From positions 4,448,001 through 4,512,000 of the forward strand of contig JBKAGP010000001.1 in the NCBI GenBank assembly GCA_046290465.1: DNA of 64,000 bases. Reading direction: 5' to 3'. The position numbers were made by a program, and so were the translations under genes. The stretch comes from Planctomycetota bacterium. Its GTDB lineage: Bacteria > Planctomycetota > UBA1135 > UBA2386. Under the pieces are notes generated by a model. That model was not told the origin of the DNA, made no database searches, and saw only the letters and a program-made list of their open reading frames with translations. This document shows, piece after piece, positions 20,628 through 28,652 of this stretch (positions within the stretch are counted from its first letter, which is position 1; each line of letters opens with the position of its first letter).

Positions 20628-21593
20628 CTACGGGTTGACGACGACCAGGCCGGGGCCGTGCACGACGCCGGTCATCTGGGTGCGGGAGTTCATGTTGGTC
20701 AGGCGGATGCGGCCGGCCAGCGGCGCGTCCTCGTTGGCCATCGCCTTGGCGGTGACCTTGACGCGACCGCGCGTCAGCACGACCGTGACGATGTCGCCCT
20801 TGCGGATGACGGCCGGCGGCGCGATGTCGCCGAGCGTCAGGCGCTGGTTGGGGCGCAGGTTCTTGCGCGCGGTCATGCCGGCGATCTGGTCCATGCGGGC
20901 CAGGAACAGGCCGGACGACTGCGCCATCGGCTCGCGCGCGATGACGATGTTGTCGGGGCCGAGCGGCTGGTCCTTGGCGATGGTGCCGGTGGTCTTCAGC
21001 ACCTGGTGGAAGCGCTGCAGCTTGTAGCGCAGCGGCACCTTCTTGAAGAGCTCGCCGTCGACCAGGATCTCGACGTCGACGATCGCCGACGTCAGGTTGG
21101 TCTTGGTGCCGCGCACGCGGGCGCGCAGGTCCTGGCTGACGCGGCCCGGCGGCGCCTTCATGCGGCGTACGCGGATCGGCGCCTCGAACTCGACGTCGCC
21201 GCCTTCGATCGCCAGCTGCGCCTGCAGCGCGGCGGTCGCCGAGTCGAGCATGTCCTGCTGCGGCACGTCGACCGACAGACCCTGAACGACGACTTCGTTG
21301 CCGCCTGACAGCTTGACCGTCTTGAGCTGCACGCCGGCCGCGGCGAGCGCCTGGATCACGTCGGTGCGCGAGACGGCGCGCGAGAAGCCGTTGACCGGCG
21401 CGGGGCCGAACCGGATCTGGCTGATCGCGAGCGTCTGCGCGTTGGTCGGGGTGATCTCGCAGAGATCGCCGATCGTGACGTGCAGACCGCGAACGGTCGT
21501 GGCCGGCTTGATGCGCAGGTCGGGCTGCGCCGGCGGATCGTCGCCGCCGCCGCCGCTTAGCACGCAGACCGTCAAGATGGTGAGCAGGTTCAT
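20628..21593 (-). CDS. flgA: Flagellar P-ring formation chaperone
   Basis: SAF-like C-terminus VIRKGDIVTV..VTAKAMANEDA..IRLTNMNS; located between flgG and flgH. Confidence 0.88.
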   Translation of the reverse strand: MNLLTILTVCVLSGGGGDDPPAQPDLRIKPATTVRGLHVTIGDLCEITPTNAQTLAISQIRFGPAPVNGFSRAVSRTDVIQALAAAGVQLKTVKLSGGNEVVVQGLSVDVPQQDMLDSATAALQAQLAIEGGDVEFEAPIRVRRMKAPPGRVSQDLRARVRGTKTNLTSAIVDVEILVDGELFKKVPLRYKLQRFHQVLKTTGTIAKDQPLGPDNIVIAREPMAQSSGLFLARMDQIAGMTARKNLRPNQRLTLGDIAPPAVIRKGDIVTVVLTRGRVKVTAKAMANEDAPLAGRIRLTNMNSRTQMTGVVHGPGLVVVNP

Positions 21594-21615
21594 GGTCGTT
21601 CTCCTTGGTTCGCGA

Positions 21616-22410
21616 TCAGCGCGACAGGTTGGTGGCCGTGGACAGCATCTGGTCGGATGCCTGGATCGCGCGGCTGTTCACCTCGTAGGCGCGCTGCGCG
21701 ACGATCAGGTTGACCAGCTCGTTGACGATCTGGACGTTGGAGCGCTCGATGAAGCCCTGCTTGAGCAGGCCGAGGCCGTTGCTGCCCGGCGTGCCGGTGG
21801 TCGGTTGGCCCGACGCCTCGGTCGGACGCATCACGTTGGCGCCGACCGCGAGCATGCCGCTCGGGTTGATGAAGCGGTGGATGTTGAGCTGGCCGAACTG
21901 CGTCGACGTGTCGGGCGAGCCGGCGGTCCGACCGCTGACGCGGCCTTCCGGGTCGATCGAGATCTCGAGCAGGTCGGACGGCACCGTGACTTCGGGCGTC
22001 AGGATGTTGCCCGCGCCGGTGACCAGCTTGCCGTCGGCGTTGAGGTGGAAGTTGCCGTCGCGGGTGTAGCCGGTCGAACCGTCCGGGAGGATGACCGAGA
22101 AGAAGCCGTCGCCGTCGACGGCGACGTCGAGGCTGCGCTCGGTGATCTCGAGCGTGCCGGTCGTGAACACCTTGGTGGTGCCGTTGAGGCGCGTGCCGGA
22201 GCCGATCTGGGTGCCGATCGGCACCGCGGCGTCGCCGGCGCCGCGCGCCAGGCCCGGCGACTGCAGCGTGACGTAGAAGAGGTCTTCGAAGGACGCCTGC
22301 GACTTCTTGAAGCCGGACGTGTTCACGTTCGCGATGTTGTTCGCGATCATGTCGACCATGGTCTGCTGGGCCTTCATGCCCGTGGCGGTCGTGTAGAGGC
22401 TCTTGAGCAT
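21616..22410 (-). CDS. flgG: Flagellar basal-body distal rod protein
   Basis: MLKSLYTTATGMKAQQ..IANNIANVNTSGFK, YTRDGNF, ERSNVQIVNELVNLIVAQRAYEVNSRAI. Confidence 0.96.
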   Translation of the reverse strand: MLKSLYTTATGMKAQQTMVDMIANNIANVNTSGFKKSQASFEDLFYVTLQSPGLARGAGDAAVPIGTQIGSGTRLNGTTKVFTTGTLEITERSLDVAVDGDGFFSVILPDGSTGYTRDGNFHLNADGKLVTGAGNILTPEVTVPSDLLEISIDPEGRVSGRTAGSPDTSTQFGQLNIHRFINPSGMLAVGANVMRPTEASGQPTTGTPGSNGLGLLKQGFIERSNVQIVNELVNLIVAQRAYEVNSRAIQASDQMLSTATNLSR

Positions 22411-22417
22411 CTCGGGG

Positions 22418-23158
22418 TTACCTCAACATCTGGGTGATCATGTTTTCCTGGAGCTTGTTCACGCCCGTAAGGGCCCGTTGGGTGGCCGAGAAGCCGCGTT
22501 CGACGGTGATCATCGCGACGAGCTCCTGCAGGCTGTCGACGTTGCTGCCTTCCAGGTAACCCTGCTGCAGTCCGTCGGCGGCTTGCTTGCCTTGTTGGTT
22601 GGTGGGGTCGACGTAGAGGCTCTTGCCGATCGGGATCAGCGCGTGCGGGTCGTCGAGTTCGACCATCGCCAGCGGGCCCCATTGCTGGCCGCTGCTCGGG
22701 TCGCTGATGGTGCCGTTGGGCGAGAACGCCAGGTCGGTCGGCGTGGCGTCGCCGGCGCCGAGCTGGATCGGCAGGCCGTCCTTGTTGAGCACGCGCAGTC
22801 CGTCGCGCGTGGTCAGGTGGCCGTCGGTCGCGATCTGCAGCTGGCCGTTGCGGGTGTAGAACGAGCGGCCGGTGCCGTTCTGCACGCGCAGCCACTGGTC
22901 GCCGGCGATCGCGACGTCGAAGCGGTTGCCGGTCTCCTTGAGCGAGCCGCGCTGCATGTCGGACTGCTCGACGTAGTCGACCGCCGACAGCTCGCGGTCG
23001 AGCAGCGAGTGGAACCGGTTGCCGGTGTCCTGCGCGATCGCCGCACGACGCTTGAAGCTGGTCGTGTCGACGTTCGCCAGGTTGTTGGCGATGGCCGCCT
23101 GCTTCTCCGCGAGGAAGGTCAGGCCGCGCACCAGGGTGTTCTCTGCGTATCCGGTCAC
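22418..23158 (-). CDS. flgF: Flagellar basal-body rod protein FlgF
   Basis: GTG start at 23158; IANNLANVDTTSFK, TGNRFDVAI, YTRNGQL, QGYLEGSNVD. Confidence 0.88.
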   Translation of the reverse strand: MTGYAENTLVRGLTFLAEKQAAIANNLANVDTTSFKRRAAIAQDTGNRFHSLLDRELSAVDYVEQSDMQRGSLKETGNRFDVAIAGDQWLRVQNGTGRSFYTRNGQLQIATDGHLTTRDGLRVLNKDGLPIQLGAGDATPTDLAFSPNGTISDPSSGQQWGPLAMVELDDPHALIPIGKSLYVDPTNQQGKQAADGLQQGYLEGSNVDSLQELVAMITVERGFSATQRALTGVNKLQENMITQMLR

Positions 23159-23160
23159 GA

Positions 23161-25149
23161 CTACCTCACGATGTTCATGAGTTCCGAGAGGATCTCGTCG
23201 GTGGTCGTGATGACCCGGGAGTTGGCCTGGAAGCCGCGCTGGGCCTCGATCAGGTTGACGAACTCCTGGGCGATGTCGACGTTGCTGTTCTCGAGCTGGC
23301 CCGCCCGGACGGTGCCGGCGCCGGCCGCGTTGGCGGTCGTCGCGATGGCGTCGTCCGAGTTGGGCGACTCGACGAACAGCGTGTCCCCCTGACGGACCAG
23401 GCCGCCCTCGTTGCTGAACATGCTGATGCGCAGCTGCTCGAGCACCTGGCTCTGGCCGTTGCTGTAGAAGCCGACCAGTTCGCCGCTGTTGTTGAAGCCG
23501 ACGTTGAGCAGCGAGCCGGCGCCGAAGCCGTCCTGGTCGACCGCCGCGACTGTGGTCGCGTTGCCGAGCATCGCGATGCCGTCGAACTGACCCGACGTGC
23601 CCAGGTCGACGGTGACGTTCTGCGCCTGCGCGATGCCGTTCCACGCGAACGACAGCTGGTTGGTGCCGCCGCCGATGACGTTGAACGAACCGTCGTTGTT
23701 GAAGCGGATCTGGCCGATCGAGCCCTGCGTGATCGTGCCCTCGTTGCTGTCGATCTCCGCCTGCATATCCCAGATCGTCGAGTCCTGGGTGTTGCGCGTG
23801 AACGTCATCGTGACCGGGTGCGTGCGCCCCTGGCTGTCGACGACGTCGATCGAGGTGACCGCGGTGTCCGGGCCGGTGCCCTGCTGCGCGACCTCGAAGC
23901 TCGGCCAGCTGGCGCCGCCGGTGTTGCCCGAGACGTCGCCGATGAACAGGCTCATCTCGGCCTCTTCCTTGTCGGTGGCGGTCAGCTGGATGTTGCCGTC
24001 CGGCGTCAGCGACGCGGTCGCCTGGTTCGAGTCGATGGTGTTGTTGATGAACGTGATCAGCTCGGCGAGCGTGGTGCCGTCCTGGTTGCCGACGCCGGCC
24101 GTGCCGTAGACGAACGTGTCCGAGAACGCCGTGCCGTCCGGGTTGGTGCCGCTGATCGTGATCGCCTCACCGGTCTGGTAGGGCGCCGTGCGCGCGGTCA
24201 GCTCGTTGAGGTCGGTGGCGCCGACGGCGACCGCCTCGGTGCCGGACTCGAGCGTGGTGTTGATGCCGAGCGTCTGCAGCAGGCTCGACGACGACGAGCC
24301 GTTGTCGAACTTGATCGTCGCGCTCGAGCCGAGTTGCACGGTGTCGACCGTGACCGTGCCGGCGACGTCGTCGCCGGTCGCGTTGATGCCGTTGAGGTTG
24401 GCGTTGAGCCACGTCGCGACCTCCGACGGCAGCGTCGGGCCCGGCGTGAACGGCGCCGCGTTGGGCACCTGGATGCTCTGCTGGGCGCCGCCGTTGACCG
24501 ACACCAGCATGGTCTCGCCGACGTTGCCTGACAGGTCGAACGACGGCGCGCTGGCACCGGTCGCGGTCGCCGTCTTGGTCGCGGCGGTGCCCGAGTTGAG
24601 CGGCACGTTCGACTCGACGATCTCCTCGAGCGGGCCACCGACCTCGGCCGGCAGGCTGCCCTGGAACGCCACCGAGGTGGTCGCCTGCGCCGGCAACGTG
24701 TCCGACGTCGGCACCGTGATGTTGCCGCCCGAAGCGCTGACGACCCGCAGGCCGGTGCGCAGGTCGACCAGCGAACGGTTGGCGTCGATGCCGAACGAGC
24801 CGACGCGCGAGTAGAACGTCTGCGAGCCGTTGGTCATCGTGAAGAAGCCGCGACCCTGCAGCGCGACGTCCATCGAGCGGCCGGTGTCCTGCAGCGTGCC
24901 CTGGCTGGTGTCGGTGTCGACCGACGCCATGAACGCGCCGGTGCCGATCTGCAGCGGGTTCTGGCCGCCGAAGTTGCCGTTGGGGCCGGATCCGGCACGC
25001 ACGGTGAAACTCAGGATGTCGCTGAACGTCGCCCGCGAACCGCGGAAGCCCGGCGTGCTGACGTTCGCCAGGTTGTTACCGATGACGTCGATGTAGGTCT
25101 GGTGGACGCGCAGTCCCGACAGGCCCGTGTAGAGTGCGGTGCTGACCAT
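23161..25149 (-). CDS. flgE: Flagellar hook protein, long form (662 aa)
   Basis: ALYTGLSGL..DVIGNNLANVSTPGF, C-terminus LENSNVDIAQEFVNLIEAQRGFQANSRVITTTDE. Confidence 0.95.
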   Translation of the reverse strand: MVSTALYTGLSGLRVHQTYIDVIGNNLANVSTPGFRGSRATFSDILSFTVRAGSGPNGNFGGQNPLQIGTGAFMASVDTDTSQGTLQDTGRSMDVALQGRGFFTMTNGSQTFYSRVGSFGIDANRSLVDLRTGLRVVSASGGNITVPTSDTLPAQATTSVAFQGSLPAEVGGPLEEIVESNVPLNSGTAATKTATATGASAPSFDLSGNVGETMLVSVNGGAQQSIQVPNAAPFTPGPTLPSEVATWLNANLNGINATGDDVAGTVTVDTVQLGSSATIKFDNGSSSSSLLQTLGINTTLESGTEAVAVGATDLNELTARTAPYQTGEAITISGTNPDGTAFSDTFVYGTAGVGNQDGTTLAELITFINNTIDSNQATASLTPDGNIQLTATDKEEAEMSLFIGDVSGNTGGASWPSFEVAQQGTGPDTAVTSIDVVDSQGRTHPVTMTFTRNTQDSTIWDMQAEIDSNEGTITQGSIGQIRFNNDGSFNVIGGGTNQLSFAWNGIAQAQNVTVDLGTSGQFDGIAMLGNATTVAAVDQDGFGAGSLLNVGFNNSGELVGFYSNGQSQVLEQLRISMFSNEGGLVRQGDTLFVESPNSDDAIATTANAAGAGTVRAGQLENSNVDIAQEFVNLIEAQRGFQANSRVITTTDEILSELMNIVR

Positions 25150-25189
25150 TGGTGGGTGTGCTCTCGGTGGTTGTCAGATGAGGTCGCTG

Positions 25190-25633
25190 CTACTGCGCGG
25201 CGGTGATGCCGAGCACCGAGCGCATGTCGATCTCGTCGCCGCCCTCGAGGCGCAGCCGCACGTCGCCGGTCTCCGCGACGAACACGCTGGTCACCTTGTC
25301 GGAGCCGGTGCTGCCGTCCTCGGCGAGGTACTCGACGCTCTGGCCGAGCAGCGCGCTGCCCTGGCTCAGGCCCTGAGTGCGCGCGAGCACGCCCTGGTAG
25401 TCGAGCAGCTTCAGCATGTTGCTGTTGAGCTCACGCTGCTCCTCCATGTTGGAGTAGCTCGCCATCTGCGTGTTGAAGCTCTCGCTGTCGACCGGCTCGA
25501 ACGGCGTCTGGTTGCGGAGCTGCTCGGTCAGCAGCTGCAGGAACTGGTTGTCGCCGTAGCTGGCCTCCTGCGTGCTGAGCACGCCGATGCCGCCGGTGTT
25601 GTTGAGGTTGTTGATGTTGAATGCGCTGTCCAT
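25190..25633 (-). CDS. flgD: Flagellar hook capping protein
   Basis: NQFLQLLTEQLRNQTPFEPVDSESFNTQMASYSNMEE. Confidence 0.9.
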   Translation of the reverse strand: MDSAFNINNLNNTGGIGVLSTQEASYGDNQFLQLLTEQLRNQTPFEPVDSESFNTQMASYSNMEEQRELNSNMLKLLDYQGVLARTQGLSQGSALLGQSVEYLAEDGSTGSDKVTSVFVAETGDVRLRLEGGDEIDMRSVLGITAAQ

Positions 25634-25644
25634 GGCTCGTTCCC

Positions 25645-26670
25645 CTATGCCCAGAAATCCAGTCCTTCTGCGGTGATGTAGCCGCGCTGTCGCGGTGCCG
25701 AGGCCGCGTCCTCGGCGAAGTCGTCGTGCGCGGCCGCGCCGGCGTCGCCCTGGGCGTCGCGTGCGGCCTGCTGCCGTTCGAAGTCCTCGCGCGTCTGCAC
25801 TTCGGCGCCAGTGACCTCGAGGCCGTTCTCCGCGAGCGTCGTCTTGAGCTCTTCGATGTGGCGCTGCAGCAGCTGCGCCATGTCGTTGCGCTCGGCGGCG
25901 ATCAACAGCGTCAGCTTGTTGCCGCCCTCGACGGTCATGCGGAGGTCGAGCTGGCCGAGCTCCGGCGGCTGCAGGCGCATGCGCATCTCGCCACCGTCGT
26001 CGTTCAGCTTCATCATGATCTGCTTGAAGACCGAGTCGCGCGCCTGCTCGAGCATCTGCATCGAGTGCGCGCTCTTGGTCGCGTAGCCGGTCTGCACGCT
26101 CGCCGCCTTCGGCGGGGTGCTGTTGGCGAACTGCGCGTTGGAGGCCCCGCGAACGGTCGGCTCGACGGCGCGTGCGGCGGCCGGTCCGGCCTGCTGCTGT
26201 GCCTGCGCGTTGGCGACGAGCGTCTGCTGGGTGCCGTGCTGCGCGTGGAACGCGGCGGTCATCAGCGGCTCGTTCTGCTGAGAAGAAGTGCGGGGAGAGT
26301 CGGTTCCTTTGCCGGCAGTCTTGTTCTGCTGCTCCGGCTCTCCCCGGCGAATGCTCTCGGTGACGTCGGCCTGCTCGTCGAGCGGCGCCGCCTCGGTGTC
26401 GTCGACGTCGGCGGCGGCGTCGGTCGGGTCGCTCTCGTCGGCGGCCCTGCTGGGCTCGATGTCGTCGACGTCGCGCTCGATCTGCTTGTCGGTCGGCGCC
26501 TCTTCGACGCGATCGGGAACCTCGGCCTCGACGTCGCTCGGCTCATTGGCAACGGAGTCACGCAGCAGCCGATCGAAGCGATCGTCCTGCTGGGGACGCA
26601 TGGAGGCCGCCACCGGGATCCCCATGGGGTCCGATTCGACACGACCTAGCTGGATGTTCGGAATCGCCAC
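25645..26670 (-). CDS. fliK: Flagellar hook-length control protein
   Basis: Acidic disordered N-terminus plus C-terminal MRLQPPELGQLDLRM. The GTG start at 26670 has an AAGGAG RBS; the ORF-track start at 26691 lies at or upstream of the predicted sigma54 +1. Confidence 0.88.
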   Translation of the reverse strand: MAIPNIQLGRVESDPMGIPVAASMRPQQDDRFDRLLRDSVANEPSDVEAEVPDRVEEAPTDKQIERDVDDIEPSRAADESDPTDAAADVDDTEAAPLDEQADVTESIRRGEPEQQNKTAGKGTDSPRTSSQQNEPLMTAAFHAQHGTQQTLVANAQAQQQAGPAAARAVEPTVRGASNAQFANSTPPKAASVQTGYATKSAHSMQMLEQARDSVFKQIMMKLNDDGGEMRMRLQPPELGQLDLRMTVEGGNKLTLLIAAERNDMAQLLQRHIEELKTTLAENGLEVTGAEVQTREDFERQQAARDAQGDAGAAAHDDFAEDAASAPRQRGYITAEGLDFWA

Positions 26671-26699
26671 AATGCTCTCCTTTGCCTGCACTTGGAGAG

Positions 26700-26716
26700 A
26701 GCACCGGGCGTGCCAA
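26700..26716 (-). promoter_or_regulatory. Sigma54 (-24/-12) promoter of the fliK-flg operon
   Basis: Minus strand TTGGCACGCCCGGTGCT has GG-N10-GC with a TGGCACG core, about 30 nt upstream of the fliK start. Confidence 0.8.
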
Positions 26717-26789
26717 GCGGATCCGCGGACGCGCTACCTACGGTGGCGCCGGCGAAACCGGCCCTCGGGGGAGCGATCTGGCGTGGGGG

Positions 26790-26848
26790 CGGCACGATCT
26801 GCCGATCCGGGGGGCGGCAGGATCTGCCGCAGCCGGCAGGATCTGCCG
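26790..26848. promoter_or_regulatory. Three CGGCA-N5-TGCCG palindromes, candidate enhancer-binding-protein sites
   Basis: CGGCACGATCTGCCG at 26790-26804; CGGCAGGATCTGCCG at 26815-26829 and 26834-26848; upstream of the sigma54 promoter. Confidence 0.65.
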
Positions 26849-26903
26849 GCCGCCGCGGACCGTCCGTTCGCTGCGTCGTTCGACACTTTTCGAGGTTCGC
26901 CTC

Positions 26904-26930
26904 TCAAGTCGTCGGGCGGCCTGCCGATGA
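26904..26930 (+). promoter_or_regulatory. Sigma28 (FliA) promoter of flgM
   Basis: TCAA-N15-GCCGATGA matches the sigma28 consensus TAAA-N15-GCCGATAA; GAGAGG RBS downstream. Confidence 0.8.
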
Positions 26931-26962
26931 TCCTCTTGCACCACCCTTACGAGAGGTCGCAC

Positions 26963-27271
26963 ATGGACATCCGCAACGTAGGCAACCAGGGAAACGTCGA
27001 CCGCATCGGCGAGCGCAACAAGCGCACCGACGCGAAGCGCGCCGAGACGGCGCCGACCGTTCTCCGTGGTGACGACGCCACGATCAGCAACACCGGTCGC
27101 GAGACCGCCGCTGCCATCGAGCAGCTCACCGAGCGCGCGAAGTCGGACGACGGCGATCGCGACGCGCTCGTCGCCGCCGCCAGGCAGAAGCTGCTGTCCG
27201 GCGAACTCGACACGCCCGCGGTGTTCGCGGCGACGGCCAACCGCCTCGCCGAGCGCGGCTTCCTCAGCTAG
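26963..27271 (+). CDS. flgM: Anti-sigma28 factor FlgM-like protein
   Basis: 102 aa; DDATIS and RDALVAAARQKLLSGEL resemble FlgM D.V.IS and R.EKV..LK..I..G.Y; sigma28 promoter upstream. Confidence 0.72.
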   Translation: MDIRNVGNQGNVDRIGERNKRTDAKRAETAPTVLRGDDATISNTGRETAAAIEQLTERAKSDDGDRDALVAAARQKLLSGELDTPAVFAATANRLAERGFLS

Positions 27272-27437
27272 CGGGCAAAGCCCCGTCCGCACGCGTACAC
27301 GCCGCTTCCGCGATCACGGTTGGCAGCGCGTCCACTACATGGACGCGCTCCTAGCGGGCAAAGCCCCGTCCGCACGCGTACACGCCGCTTCCGCGATCAC
27401 GGTCGGCAGCGCGTCCACTACATGGACGCGCTCCTAG
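27268..27437. repeat. Two head-to-tail copies (B, C) of the 83-bp CTAG-bounded element
   Basis: CTAG at 27268, 27351 and 27434 (83-bp period); the units differ from copy A at 1-2 positions. Confidence 0.95.
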
Positions 27438-28474
27438 CGCTTGTCCGCCGCCGTCGACGGCCGCGCATACGCGATGCCGTCCGGCCCCTTGCGGGTGTCG
27501 ATGCGATCGACGACCTCGGCCTTCTGCAGGTCGACCACGGCGACGAACTCGCCGCGCGCGCACGCGACGTAGGCGCGCCGACCGTCGCTGCCGGTGACCA
27601 CGCCGAGCGGTAGCGAGCTCTGTTCGCTGCGGTCGCCGTGGATCGACACCTCGCGCAGCAGCGTGCGCCTGGCCGTGTTGAAGATCATCAGTTCGCCGCT
27701 CTCGGCGCACGTCACCAGCACGTGCGCGCCGTCGGGCGTGAACGCGACGCGGAACGGCACCGAGCCGGTCGCCAGCGTCGCGATGATCTTGCGTTGCTTC
27801 GCCGACACGATCGCCAGCGTGTCGTCGGCGCGATTGGCGACCCACGCGTCCCCGGTGACGGGGTGCACGGCCATGCCCTCGGCACCCTTGCCGGTGGCGA
27901 TCGGCGCGGGCGCGAGGTCGCCCGCCGGCCGCGCCAGGTCGAAGAACGTCACGGTCCCGTCGACGACGCTGGTCGCCGCCGCGTGGCGGCCGCCGGTCGC
28001 GACCGAGACCATGTGCATCGACGGTTGTCCGGTCGGCCAAGAAGCCTCGACCGCGCCGGCGCGCACGTCGACGCGCAGCAGCCGGCGGGTCGTCTCGCTG
28101 GTTACGACCACGTCGTGCGCCGACACGAACTGCACGCCGTGCGGCCGCAGGAACTTCTTGTCGCGATCTTCACCCGGGCGCGGCAGGTCGATCGTGCGCA
28201 GCACCTTGGCGGCGACGACGTCGACGACGGTCAGCGTGTGTCCGGGCTTCTGCGTGCCGTAGTCGGTCACGACCGCGGTGTGTCCGTCGGCGGAGACCGC
28301 GACCTCGTGCGGACCGACGCCGGTGCCAAGCCTGGCCACCTCGTGGCCGTCGACGACGTCGAAGATCGACAGCGTGTGCTCGGCCTTGTTGCAGACCAAC
28401 AGCCGGTCGCCGGGTTGCTGGGCGTCGAGCGGCAGCGCGCAGAGCGCGATGGTCAGCAGGTTGAGGCGGCGCAT
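27434..28474 (-). CDS. Secreted YVTN/YncE-type beta-propeller protein
   Basis: Signal peptide; repeats TGVGPHEVAVSADG, TGKGAEGMAVHP, TGSVPFRVAFTPDG, TRKGPDGIAY. Confidence 0.85.
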   Translation of the reverse strand: MRRLNLLTIALCALPLDAQQPGDRLLVCNKAEHTLSIFDVVDGHEVARLGTGVGPHEVAVSADGHTAVVTDYGTQKPGHTLTVVDVVAAKVLRTIDLPRPGEDRDKKFLRPHGVQFVSAHDVVVTSETTRRLLRVDVRAGAVEASWPTGQPSMHMVSVATGGRHAAATSVVDGTVTFFDLARPAGDLAPAPIATGKGAEGMAVHPVTGDAWVANRADDTLAIVSAKQRKIIATLATGSVPFRVAFTPDGAHVLVTCAESGELMIFNTARRTLLREVSIHGDRSEQSSLPLGVVTGSDGRRAYVACARGEFVAVVDLQKAEVVDRIDTRKGPDGIAYARPSTAADKR

Positions 28475-28652
28475 TGGCGGACTACTACGCAATGGCTGAC
28501 GTCGGCGCGAACCGCGCGTCCGAAACCCTGCGTCCGCTACCCTGCGTCTGCCCCGGCCGGGTTGCCACGGGTCGGGCTGCCACGGGTTGGGCGTCGGGGG
28601 GTTGGTCCCTCCGCCCCAGCCGTTAAAACAGCCTTTGCCCCTCCCGCCCGCG

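Noticed and set aside
27268..27437. CRISPR array interpretation of the tandem 83-bp units
   Set aside because: The whole units are repeated with no unique spacers, and no cas genes are present in the window.
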